NCBI GenBank assembly: GCA_934500865.1 | Contig: CAKSUD010000001.1 | Span: 1,509-65,508 of the forward strand | Origin: an uncultured Clostridia bacterium | Lineage (GTDB): Bacteria > Bacillota > Clostridia > TANB77 > RGIG9151 | Direction: 5' to 3' | DNA: 64,000 bases | Part shown: positions 28,309 to 37,798 of the stretch, one piece after another | Numbering within the stretch: position 1 is the first letter of the stretch | Layout of the letters: every line of letters begins with the position of its first letter | Made by a program: the position numbers and the translations under genes | The notes under the pieces: generated by a model | Told to the model about the DNA's origin: nothing | What the model saw: only the letters and a program-made list of their open reading frames with translations | The model's database searches: none

Positions 28309-29682
28309 TTAGCCCTCTATAAGTTCTTCACCGATTTTATACACATTTCCGGCACCTATTGTGAGTAGTATGTCTCCGGATTGTAGGTTATCTTTAAGAT
28401 AATTTTCTATATCAGAAAAATCTTTTATATAGATTGCATTATTTGAAGTTTTTTGTATTTCATTTACTAAATCTTTAGAATTTATTTCTCCGGTATCTTT
28501 TTCACGTGCAGCATAGATGTCTGTAATTATTACTTTATCTGCATTATAAAAAGCATTTGCAAAATCATTTAAAAGTGCTTTTGTTCTAGAATAGGTGTGA
28601 GGTTGGAAAACGCACCAAACCTTTTTCATATTTCTGTTTTTGGCTGCAAGTAATGTTGCTTTTATTTCAGATGGATGATGTGCGTAGTCATCGTATATTT
28701 CGGCACCGTTTAATAGTCCTTTTTTTTCAAATCTTCTTTTTGCACCACAAAAAGTTTTTAGTGATTCAATCACTTTTGACAAATCCAATTTATATATATC
28801 GCATACTGCAATACACGCTAGGGAGTTATATATATTGTGCATACCAGGAACAGTTAAAACAACTTCAGATATAAATTTATTATCTATATATAAATTATAA
28901 TATGTTTTATCTCGCTCAAATATTATATTTTGTGCAGAATATTTTGCCATATTTTTTATTCCGAAAGAGACGACATTGCATTTTGTATTTTTAAATAATT
29001 CATATGAATTTTTATCATCTGCATTAAGCACAGCAAAGCCATCACTCGGCAATTTATCTAAGAATTTTTGGAATGATGATTTTATATGATTTATATCTTT
29101 ATAATAATCCAAATGGTCAGCTTCTACATTTAAAACAACAGAAACTTTAGGAGAAAGTTCTAGAAAACTCTCAACATATTCACAAGCTTCAGTAATCAAG
29201 AAATTACTTTGACCTATTTTATAATTCCCATCGATTAGTGGTAACTCTCCACCAACAGTGATGGTTGGGTCTTTTTCACATTCTATAAAAGCGGTAGAAA
29301 TCATTGAGGTTGTTGTGGTTTTTCCATGAGTTCCTGCGACTGCAATTGTATCGGGAAAGAGTCTTGTGATTTCTCCAAGTAATACAGAGCGCTCAATTAA
29401 AGGAATGTTTTTTTTAGTTGCTGCTATGTATTCAGGATTATCTTTCTTTATTGCTGCTGTAAAAATTACAGCAGAAGCATTTCCTATATTTTCTTCGCTA
29501 TGACCTATCGTTACTTTTATATCATTTTCTCTTAACTTCTTTATTATATTACTATCATTTGCGTCGGAACCTTGAACTGTATACCCTTTGTTCTTTAAGA
29601 TTTCGGCAAGTCCGCTCATACTAATTCCGCCAATTCCTATCATATGTATAGTTGCCGGTGGTAAAATTTTATCTAAAAACAT
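28309..29682 (-). CDS. murC: UDP-N-acetylmuramate--L-alanine ligase
   Basis: IHMIGIGGISMSGLAEIL and GTHGKTTTT motifs. Confidence 0.9.
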   Translation of the reverse strand: MFLDKILPPATIHMIGIGGISMSGLAEILKNKGYTVQGSDANDSNIIKKLRENDIKVTIGHSEENIGNASAVIFTAAIKKDNPEYIAATKKNIPLIERSVLLGEITRLFPDTIAVAGTHGKTTTTSMISTAFIECEKDPTITVGGELPLIDGNYKIGQSNFLITEACEYVESFLELSPKVSVVLNVEADHLDYYKDINHIKSSFQKFLDKLPSDGFAVLNADDKNSYELFKNTKCNVVSFGIKNMAKYSAQNIIFERDKTYYNLYIDNKFISEVVLTVPGMHNIYNSLACIAVCDIYKLDLSKVIESLKTFCGAKRRFEKKGLLNGAEIYDDYAHHPSEIKATLLAAKNRNMKKVWCVFQPHTYSRTKALLNDFANAFYNADKVIITDIYAAREKDTGEINSKDLVNEIQKTSNNAIYIKDFSDIENYLKDNLQSGDILLTIGAGNVYKIGEELIEG

Positions 29683-29890
29683 AAGATACCTCCAAATTAA
29701 ATAGTATATGTATATTATATATTCTTATGAATATATTATTCAATAGGTTGAAAAAAAGTTACGTGTTTTCTTTTTGGTAATATTTATTGGCATAAGAAAA
29801 ATTTGAAAAATATTTACAAATTCCGGAAGGTTTTTTCAAAATTATGTAGAAATATAGCAGTATAAAAATAATCATAAGGTGGTGCACATT

Positions 29891-30193
29891 ATGGAAGTAA
29901 CAAACGTAAAGGTAAAAGTAATGCATACTGAAGGTAACTTAAAAGCTTACGCAACAATCACTTTCGATGATGAGTTTGTTGTAAAAGATATCAAAGTTAT
30001 TGACGGTAAAAAAGGCATATTTATTGCTATGCCTAGCAAGCCAATTAAAAACAGAAAAGTTGAAGATGTAGAAAGCGCTGAAGAAATGGAAAGATTACAC
30101 AAAGATATTGCGCATCCTATTAATCCACAAGCGAGAGAAAAGATTCAAACAGCTATATTAAAGGCTTACGAAGAAGCTCTAAAAGCTGAATAA
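29891..30193 (+). CDS. spoVG: Septation protein SpoVG
   Basis: MEVTNVKV...[17 protein letters not shown]...IAMPS...DIAHPIN. The track starts 12 nt earlier at a GTG; RBS AAGGTGGTG supports the ATG at MEVT. Confidence 0.85.
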   Translation: MEVTNVKVKVMHTEGNLKAYATITFDDEFVVKDIKVIDGKKGIFIAMPSKPIKNRKVEDVESAEEMERLHKDIAHPINPQAREKIQTAILKAYEEALKAE

Positions 30194-30207
30194 GAGTTGA
30201 AAAAATT

Positions 30208-30236
30208 AGTCCACTGGAATCCAGTGGACTTTTTTT
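30208..30236. terminator. Bidirectional terminator AGTCCACTGGaatCCAGTGGACTTTTTTT
   Basis: Perfect 10-bp stem followed by a T-run. Confidence 0.8.
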
Positions 30237-31062
30237 ACCTTACCAATTCTAACAAAGGCTCAGACGAAACGGAAACTTTATTTTCAAAAATTTGCTCAAT
30301 TGTATTTACTATTTTTTTATTGTAGTTTTCACTTTCAAAATGAAGAAATACTTTTCTTGGTGCAAGAGTAATTAGGGAACTTATTAATACATCTTCATTA
30401 TTTAGATTATTTTGCTCTTTAGTTTCTATAAACTCCTCAAAGCAACTTTTTGTAATATTTTTATTTCTTTCATTTAATATTAAGTATTCACCATTTTCTT
30501 CAAATATAATGTGTAGTTTTGGGCATCTGTTTTTTTGAGTTTCAACGAAGAACTTTAGCATATCTATAAATTCTTTATATTCTTCTTGAAGTTTATAATC
30601 TTCTACTACTTTTTGGATTAATTCAACCAGCATTTTCTTATAATTCAGTAATCTAAATTGGATAAAACCGGAAAGATTTAAATAAGTTTCTTCGGTTAAA
30701 TATTCCAAAATATTTTGCTTTATTAAGAAACGTCTTTTCAGTAAAATTAACATTCTTAAAAAATCATTATCGTGATTCTTAATTAGTTTTGTAGCAGTAT
30801 TGAAAATACTAAATTTTTCAGAAGAATTGAAAAACGGATAATCTGAAAAGATTAAATTTTTTAATAGTTTTTCTTCCTCGAAATTAATAATATATTCTGT
30901 TAAAACTTCCGATACCTTTAGCTTTAAAAATGATTCGTCATCTGAAAAGAAAGCCAATTTATTTTTATATGCTCTGCAAGAAAATTTTTCACATTGTTCT
31001 TTTTTGGCAATGTCATGTATATAATTAAAATTGTCTTTAATATCAATAATAACCTTTTGCAT
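30235..31062 (-). CDS. Hypothetical protein, possibly YtxC-like sporulation protein
   Basis: 275-aa soluble alpha-rich protein. Assignment is by recollection of family features only. Confidence 0.3.
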   Translation of the reverse strand: MQKVIIDIKDNFNYIHDIAKKEQCEKFSCRAYKNKLAFFSDDESFLKLKVSEVLTEYIINFEEEKLLKNLIFSDYPFFNSSEKFSIFNTATKLIKNHDNDFLRMLILLKRRFLIKQNILEYLTEETYLNLSGFIQFRLLNYKKMLVELIQKVVEDYKLQEEYKEFIDMLKFFVETQKNRCPKLHIIFEENGEYLILNERNKNITKSCFEEFIETKEQNNLNNEDVLISSLITLAPRKVFLHFESENYNKKIVNTIEQIFENKVSVSSEPLLELVR

Positions 31063-31461
31063 ATTGAACCCCCTGAAATTGGTACAATTTTTAACTTTAG
31101 TTTAAGTATGAATCAAAAGAATTCATATTATACTATGTTTAGAAATATATTAGTGTGAAATGAAAGGCCTTCTAGCCTTATTAGTAAGTACAAGAATCCG
31201 GGTATAAAAGCACTTTGGGCTTTTTTGAAAAAATTTATTCCTAAACACAAGTTACTTATCGGCATTTGTATAAAAAGCTTAAGTAAAAAATTATGACAAA
31301 AAAATCTTTTTTTTTTTATTAAATTATGTTTTTTGTTTACAAACGTGTTTTTTTTTATTACAATGAATGAGTATTGAATTATTGAAAATATTGAGTTCTC
31401 TCAATGTTTATACTTTTAGAAAAAAATAAAGAAAAATACATTAGAAGAGAGGAGCAAGAAA

Positions 31462-32781
31462 ATGAAGATATTGATGTTATCATGGGAGTATCCACCAAGA
31501 ATAGTAGGAGGAATTTCCAGAGTTGTTTATGATCTAGCTCAAAATTTAGGTGAAAAAGGTAATGAAGTGCATGTTGTTACATGTATGGATAAAAACACAA
31601 AAGAATTTGAAAAGGATAAGAACGTATATGTTCACCGTGTCCATACTGTTGGACCTGATACAAAGGGTGATTTCTTAAAACAAACCTTGCATATGAATTT
31701 TGCAATGGTAGAAAGAGCTGTTGAAGTTATAAATAGTGTTGGAAAATTCGATGTTATCCACGCTCATGATTGGTTAGTTGCATTCGCTGCAAAAACATTA
31801 AAGCACGCGTATAAAACTCCATTAGTTTGCACAATTCACGCAACAGAGCATGGAAGAAATAATGGAATTCATAATGAAATGCAAGAATACATTCATAACA
31901 GTGAATGGTGGCTTACTTATGAATCTTGGAAGGTTATTTGCAATAGTCAATATATGAAGAATGAAATTACAAATATTTGGGGACTTCCTGAATCAAAAAT
32001 AAGAATAATATTTAATGGTGTGGATGTTCACAAATTTGATGGAATAGAAAGAGATTGGGAATTTAGAAGAAGATTCGCAATGGATAATGAAAAGATAGTA
32101 TTCTTCGTTGGAAGAATGGTTAATGAAAAAGGTGTTCAAGTTTTAATAGATGCAATGCCTAAGATTTGTCAATATTATAATGATGTTAAATTTGTATTTG
32201 CCGGAAAAGGTCCTTTACTTGATGAATTTAAGGCAAGAGCTTGGGCTACAGGATATGCACATAAAACATTATTTACAGGATATATAAGCGACGAAGATTT
32301 GTTAAAATTGTATAAATGCGTTGATGTAGCTGTTTTCCCTAGCTTATATGAACCATTTGGAATTGTTGCATTAGAAGGAATGGTTGCAAATGTTCCTACA
32401 GTTGTTTCACAAGCCGGAGGACTTGGAGAAATAATTAACCACGGATATGATGGAATGAAGGCTTATACAGGAAATGCAAACTCACTTGCAGATTGCATAC
32501 TTGAATTACTTCATAACCACAACAACATGACAGAGTCAATAAGAAATAATGCAATGAGAAAGGTACATGAAATGTATAATTGGAATGGTATCGCTGACCA
32601 AACATATGCAGTGTATAAAGAAGTTGTTGAAGAAGCAAAGAATATTTCTTGGGAGAACACAGAATTAAAAGAAGGTTTGAAAGAATTAAATGATAAGAAG
32701 GTAATTCATACTGTTGTAGAGAATAAGACTACTACTAAGAAATCTTCTAGAAAAGATGAAAAGTTACAAAAAATTGGTTAG
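31462..32781 (+). CDS. GT4 glycosyltransferase (GlgA/GlgM-like retaining GT)
   Basis: MKILMLSWEYPPRIVGGISRVV, the EPFGIVALEGM (E-x7-E) motif, and a Lys-rich C-terminal tail. Confidence 0.65.
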   Translation: MKILMLSWEYPPRIVGGISRVVYDLAQNLGEKGNEVHVVTCMDKNTKEFEKDKNVYVHRVHTVGPDTKGDFLKQTLHMNFAMVERAVEVINSVGKFDVIHAHDWLVAFAAKTLKHAYKTPLVCTIHATEHGRNNGIHNEMQEYIHNSEWWLTYESWKVICNSQYMKNEITNIWGLPESKIRIIFNGVDVHKFDGIERDWEFRRRFAMDNEKIVFFVGRMVNEKGVQVLIDAMPKICQYYNDVKFVFAGKGPLLDEFKARAWATGYAHKTLFTGYISDEDLLKLYKCVDVAVFPSLYEPFGIVALEGMVANVPTVVSQAGGLGEIINHGYDGMKAYTGNANSLADCILELLHNHNNMTESIRNNAMRKVHEMYNWNGIADQTYAVYKEVVEEAKNISWENTELKEGLKELNDKKVIHTVVENKTTTKKSSRKDEKLQKIG

Positions 32782-32966
32782 TTAAGAAATAACATCTCCT
32801 AATACCGCAAATAGCTTTATTGTTTATAATAATGTATAGAAAGGGGAACGAGGAGAAAATCGTTCTCTCTTTTGGTTCAAAAAGCAAAAAAATGTTTAGG
32901 GGGAGTTATTTAAGTCTAGTAGACTTAGATATTTTTAACAAAAGTTGAATTTAAGGAGGTAGTTTA

Positions 32967-35408
32967 ATGAAGGCAATTATTATGGCAGGAGGCGCAGGTT
33001 CAAGATTAAGACCACTTACATGTGGAAGACCAAAGCCTATAGTACCTATTATGAACAAGGCTGTAATGGGGAGAATTATTGAGTTATTAAAGAAGAATGG
33101 TATTACAGATATAGGAGTTACACTTCAATTTTTACCTGAAAAGATTGAAGATATGTTTGGCGATGGAAGTGAAATGGGAGTTAATATAAAGTATTTCATA
33201 GAAGATTCACCGCTAGGAACTGCCGGAAGTGTTAAAAATGCTGAAGAATTTTTAGATGATACATTTGTTGTAATAAGTGGAGATGCTTTAACAGATATAG
33301 ATTTGACTAAGGCAATTGAATTCCATAAATCTAAAAATACAATTTGCACATTGGTTTTAAAAGAAGTTGCAGTACCTCTTGAATATGGTGTAGTAATGAC
33401 TGATGAAACCGGAAAAATTACCAGATTTTTAGAAAAGCCAAGTTGGGGAGAAGTATTTAGCAATCTTGCTAATACAGGTATGTACATATTAGAACCAAAG
33501 GCTTTGTCTTATTTTGAAAAGAATAAGAAGTTTGACTTTAGCCAAGACTTATTCCCATTACTTATGAACGAGGGAAATGATTTATATGGCTACACAACAA
33601 GCGATTATTGGTGCGACGTTGGAGATATAGGTTCATATATCCAATCACACATAGATATATTAGAAGGAAAAGTAAAAATCGACCTTGGTACTGAGTTTGA
33701 AAACAGAAACGGAATTTATGTTGGTAAAAATGTTGAAATCGACCCAACAGCTAAAATTACTGCACCGGTAGTTATCGGAAACAATTGTAAAATCGGAAGG
33801 AACGTGGAACTTCACGAATTTACAGTGCTTGGTGAAAATGTTGTTATTGATGATAACGCAACAATAAAGAGAAGCATTATTTGGCAAAATACACATGTTG
33901 GACCTAATTCAAGAATTAGTGCGGGAATTTTGTGTTACGGAAATAATGTTAAATCAAATGTTACAGTTTTAGAAGAAGCTGTTATTGGTGATGAATGTCA
34001 AATAAAAGACAGAGCAATTGTTAAATCCGGAATTAAGATTTGGCCGAATAAAATTATTCAAACAGCTACTGAAGTTAGTGAAAGCATTATTTGGGGAACT
34101 AAAGTAAGTAGAACTTTGTTTGGCAAATCAGGAATTACAGGAGAAATGAATATTGAAATTACTCCTGAATATGCTGCAAAACTTGCAGTTGCATATTCAT
34201 CTGTATTAAAGCCTGGAATGAAACTTGCAGTATCAGCAGATAGTTCGGCTGCCGCTTCATTACTTAAAACTTCAATGTTGGCAGGTGCAACTTCTACCGG
34301 AGTTGAAGTGTTTGACTTAGGTCATACAATGCTTCCGATAGTTAGAAATGTTATTAATTTCTTTGGTATGGATGGTGGAATTCATATTTCACTAGAACCT
34401 CAAAATGATAATAGAATAAGAATAAACTTCTTAGATTCTAAGGGAGTTAATATTCCAAGAGGACTTGAAAGAAAGATTGAAAACATGTTTGTAACCGGAG
34501 AGTTTAGACGTGTAAATGTTGAAAAAATTAAAGAAACAAATATGCTTGAAAACTATAATTATTTCTATATGCAAAACTTGTTAAACACATTAGACTTAGA
34601 TGCTATTCGTAAGAATAATGTAAAAGTTGTAATAGGAAAATGTGACAACTTTGTATATGAAATGATGGAAAAAGTGTTAAGAGATTTAAATTGCACAATT
34701 ATCAACGAAAGAAGAGACAATGGAGAAGACGATTTAAGTATCTTAAGCCAGAAGGTTGTAAACAATCAAGCTGATTTTGGAATTAGAGTAAGTAATGATG
34801 CTGAATCTATGATTTTAGTAGATAATGAAGGAAATGTTATAAAGGATGATTTATATACAGCATTGCTTTCAATAATATCTGTTAAATTAAAAGAAGTAAA
34901 TAAGATTGTTGTTCCATTTACTACAACAGAAGTTATGGAACAAATCGCAACAAAGATAAATGCGGGAATTGTTAGAACTAAAACAAGTCAACAAGAACAC
35001 ATGAGTACATTAATTGCTAACTCTACTGCTGAAGCTAAGAAGAACTTTATATTAAATTATGATGTTTTTGCAGCAACAGCAAAGATTATAAATTACATCT
35101 CAATAGAAAAAACATCTGTGGCTGACCTTATAAAATCTATCCCTGAATTCCATTTAATTAAGAAGAATATTGATTGTCCTTGGGATGCAAAGGGAAAAGT
35201 CATGAGAGCGTTGACTCAAGAAAAGACAGATAATAAGTTAGAATTATTCGAAGGTGTAAAGATTCATCACGACAAAGGATGGGTACTTGTATTACCAGAC
35301 GCAGACGAACCTGTATGCACAGTATATACTGAAGGCGTTTCTGCTGAAGTTGCTGAAAGCTTATCTGAAATGTATATAGACAAAATTAAAAACATTATTG
35401 TTCAGTAA
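32967..35408 (+). CDS. Sugar-1-phosphate nucleotidyltransferase - left-handed beta-helix - degenerate phosphohexomutase fusion
   Basis: [11 protein letters not shown] nucleotidyltransferase signature. Hexapeptide repeats span aa 250-380. A PGM/PMM-like C-terminal part has FGKSGITG and [10 protein letters not shown] in place of GIMITASHNP. Confidence 0.7.
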   Translation: MKAIIMAGGAGSRLRPLTCGRPKPIVPIMNKAVMGRIIELLKKNGITDIGVTLQFLPEKIEDMFGDGSEMGVNIKYFIEDSPLGTAGSVKNAEEFLDDTFVVISGDALTDIDLTKAIEFHKSKNTICTLVLKEVAVPLEYGVVMTDETGKITRFLEKPSWGEVFSNLANTGMYILEPKALSYFEKNKKFDFSQDLFPLLMNEGNDLYGYTTSDYWCDVGDIGSYIQSHIDILEGKVKIDLGTEFENRNGIYVGKNVEIDPTAKITAPVVIGNNCKIGRNVELHEFTVLGENVVIDDNATIKRSIIWQNTHVGPNSRISAGILCYGNNVKSNVTVLEEAVIGDECQIKDRAIVKSGIKIWPNKIIQTATEVSESIIWGTKVSRTLFGKSGITGEMNIEITPEYAAKLAVAYSSVLKPGMKLAVSADSSAAASLLKTSMLAGATSTGVEVFDLGHTMLPIVRNVINFFGMDGGIHISLEPQNDNRIRINFLDSKGVNIPRGLERKIENMFVTGEFRRVNVEKIKETNMLENYNYFYMQNLLNTLDLDAIRKNNVKVVIGKCDNFVYEMMEKVLRDLNCTIINERRDNGEDDLSILSQKVVNNQADFGIRVSNDAESMILVDNEGNVIKDDLYTALLSIISVKLKEVNKIVVPFTTTEVMEQIATKINAGIVRTKTSQQEHMSTLIANSTAEAKKNFILNYDVFAATAKIINYISIEKTSVADLIKSIPEFHLIKKNIDCPWDAKGKVMRALTQEKTDNKLELFEGVKIHHDKGWVLVLPDADEPVCTVYTEGVSAEVAESLSEMYIDKIKNIIVQ

Positions 35409-35422
35409 TAATAAATTGAAGA

Positions 35423-35459
35423 GTGGATGTCCAAAAGCTTATTTGGGCATCCATTTTTT
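35423..35459 (+). terminator. Rho-independent terminator (GGATGTCC...GGGCATCC + TTTTTT), followed by a second hairpin TAGGTCgaaaGACCTA
   Basis: Stem-loop followed by a T-run. Confidence 0.65.
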
Positions 35460-35509
35460 GTGCTTTTTAAAACTTTATAGGTCGAAAGACCTATTTTATT
35501 ATTTAAATA

Positions 35510-35538
35510 TTGCAAATGTGGAGAGAAAAGGATAATAT
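35510..35538 (+). promoter_or_regulatory. Sigma-A promoter of dcw cluster (TTGCAA - 17 nt - TAATAT)
   Basis: Motifs read directly, upstream of mraZ. Confidence 0.5.
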
Positions 35539-35548
35539 AATCTTGCAA

Positions 35549-35572
35549 GTGGTTGAAAGTGGAGTGAAGTGG
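35549..35572 (+). promoter_or_regulatory. MraZ operator: three GTGG direct repeats at 10-bp spacing
   Basis: GTGGttgaaaGTGGagtgaaGTGG lies between the -10 element and the mraZ start. Confidence 0.7.
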
Positions 35573-35601
35573 TACGATACTCCATGAAAGAGGTGAGAAG
35601 T

Positions 35602-36033
35602 TTGTTCATAGGCGAATATAGACATAGTTTAGATGTTAAAGGCAGAATTATTGTTCCGGCTAAGTTTAGAGATGGCTTGGGCGATAAATTTGTATTGACT
35701 AAAGGCTTAGACGGTTGCTTATTCGCATATTCGAAAGAAGAATGGGCAAATTTCGAAGAAAAAATCAAATCTTTGCCGCTTACAAATAAGGACGCGAGAG
35801 CATTCGTAAGGTTCTTCTTTGCAGGAGCAGTTGAATGCGAAATCGATAAGCAAGGACGTACATTGATACCACCAATGCTAAGAGAACATGCAGGATTAAA
35901 TAAAGACCTTGTTATAATTGGTGTTTCTAATAGAGTTGAAATTTGGAGCCAAGACAAGTGGGACAGCTATAGCGAAGCCGAGGATTTGGAAGCTGATGAG
36001 TTGGCTGAAAAAATGGCAATGCTAGGCATCTAA
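35602..36033 (+). CDS. mraZ: Transcriptional regulator MraZ
   Basis: A TTG start after RBS AAAGAGGTGA gives [23 protein letters not shown]. The track ORF starts 33 nt earlier. Confidence 0.85.
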   Translation: MFIGEYRHSLDVKGRIIVPAKFRDGLGDKFVLTKGLDGCLFAYSKEEWANFEEKIKSLPLTNKDARAFVRFFFAGAVECEIDKQGRTLIPPMLREHAGLNKDLVIIGVSNRVEIWSQDKWDSYSEAEDLEADELAEKMAMLGI

Positions 36034-36062
36034 AAGAAAAGGTTATTTTAAGGAGTGTAAAA

Positions 36063-36998
36063 ATGGAATTTGTACATAAACCGGTACTTCTAAATGAATG
36101 CATTTGTAATCTTAATATTAAACCAAATGGTATTTATTTGGACGGGACTTTAGGTGGTGCAGGTCATTCCTTAGAGATTGCAAAGCTGTTAAATAATGAA
36201 GGAACTTTAATTGGAATAGATAGAGATATAACTGCCATAAATGTTTCACGCAGTAGACTTTCTGATGTGAAACCTACTGTAAATTTAGTTAACGACAATT
36301 ATAAGAATATAAAAGATGTATTAAGTAATTTGAATATTACAGGAGTAGATGGGATATTGCTCGACTTGGGAGTTTCATCTTATCAACTTGATACTCCCGA
36401 GCGAGGCTTTAGTTATCGTTTTGATGCTCCGCTAGATATGAGAATGAATACAAATGATGAACTTACCGCTGAATATGTGGTAAATCAATATACTAAAGAA
36501 GATTTAATAAGAATCTTTCGTGATTATGGCGAAGAGAAGTGGGCAGTGCGCATTGCAGACTTTATCGTAGATAAACGTAGGAATACTCCTATAAAAACAA
36601 CATTTGAACTTGTTGATATTATAAAAGCAGCGATTCCGGCTAGTGCTAGAATTGATGGCGGTCATCCTGCGAAACGAGTATTTCAAGCCATAAGAATCGA
36701 AGTGAATGGAGAAATCGAGAGCCTCAGAAAGGCGATTTTCGATGCAATAGATGTGTTAAATCCAAAAGGCAGAATATGTATTATAAGCTTTCATTCATTA
36801 GAAGATAGAATTGTTAAAGATGTTTTTAATGAGTCGGCTAAAGGATGTACTTGTCCGCCTGACTTTCCAAAATGTGTTTGCAATAAGAAAAAAACTGTAA
36901 AGATTTTAAGTAAAAAACCGATAATTTCTACGGAAGATGAGTTAAATGATAATTTGAGAGCTCATAGTGCAAAGTTAAGAGTTGCCGAAAAAATTTAA
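36063..36998 (+). CDS. rsmH: 16S rRNA (cytosine1402-N4)-methyltransferase
   Basis: HKPVLLNE ... GGAGHS ... LGVSSYQLD motifs. Confidence 0.9.
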   Translation: MEFVHKPVLLNECICNLNIKPNGIYLDGTLGGAGHSLEIAKLLNNEGTLIGIDRDITAINVSRSRLSDVKPTVNLVNDNYKNIKDVLSNLNITGVDGILLDLGVSSYQLDTPERGFSYRFDAPLDMRMNTNDELTAEYVVNQYTKEDLIRIFRDYGEEKWAVRIADFIVDKRRNTPIKTTFELVDIIKAAIPASARIDGGHPAKRVFQAIRIEVNGEIESLRKAIFDAIDVLNPKGRICIISFHSLEDRIVKDVFNESAKGCTCPPDFPKCVCNKKKTVKILSKKPIISTEDELNDNLRAHSAKLRVAEKI

Positions 36999-37055
36999 GA
37001 CTGTTAAAGGGCATCCCCCTTTTAACATATATACATAAGAAAAAAATAATTAATT

Positions 37056-37137
37056 TACAAAAGAAAAGTGAAACAAAATACAAAAGCTAAAAAATAAAAA
37101 ACTACAAAAGAAAAAAATCCTATAAAATTTACAAAAG
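37056..37137 (+). repeat. Four direct repeats of TACAAAAG spaced 23-27 nt in A-rich leader
   Basis: Repeats at 37056, 37079, 37103 and 37130. Confidence 0.5.
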
Positions 37138-37217
37138 AAGTTTTAAATTACTAAGGAGAAGACGGGGGCAACATTTGTAGCCCCTGTTTTAGTATTAATG
37201 TTATGGAGGTGAGAGCT

Positions 37218-37682
37218 ATGGCACCACTTAGGCAAGAAGATTATATATATGAAGAATTTTTAAATGAGCCGGTAGCTCAACCCAAAAAACAAAAAGAACC
37301 AAAAAAGCAAGTTGTACCAAAGGGAAAAAATAAGGTTAAGAAAAAAGTTCTTTTAGGAGTATTATCATTTTCAATAGCTCTTACGATAGTATATCGTTAT
37401 GCAATGCTTAATAATATGAGTATGGAAAACATTAAATTAAAAAAGGAACTTGCTGAACTTAATAATGTTAATGCCCAACTTCAATTAAAGGCTGAACAAA
37501 GTGTTAATTTAAGTTATGTTGAACAATATGCACAAGAAAATTTAGGACTTCAAAAGCCCCAAAATTATCAAATTGAGTATATTAATGTAAACAAGCAAGA
37601 TTTAATTGATAATAAAGTTACTAATGAGAATAAAAATTGGTTTGAAGAAATATTATTTAATATCATTGAATTTTTTAAGTGA
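37218..37682 (+). CDS. ftsL: Cell division protein FtsL (septum formation initiator family)
   Basis: RBS GGAGGTG before MAPLRQ. Single TM helix followed by a coiled coil (NIKLKKELAELNNVNAQLQLKAEQ). Confidence 0.6.
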   Translation: MAPLRQEDYIYEEFLNEPVAQPKKQKEPKKQVVPKGKNKVKKKVLLGVLSFSIALTIVYRYAMLNNMSMENIKLKKELAELNNVNAQLQLKAEQSVNLSYVEQYAQENLGLQKPQNYQIEYINVNKQDLIDNKVTNENKNWFEEILFNIIEFFK

Positions 37683-37798
37683 GTATTTTATTTGGCAGTA
37701 GCAAAGCTTTTACTACGTAGAATATGTAATCAGGCTTTATACCATTCAAATTTTAATACTCTTTTTTTCTACCTATACTAGAATAAAAGTGGAGGGTT

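Noticed and set aside
29879-29890. GTG start of spoVG in the track (MVHIMEV...)
   Set aside because: SpoVG proteins begin MEVT. The RBS AAGGTGGTG is correctly spaced for the ATG at 29891.
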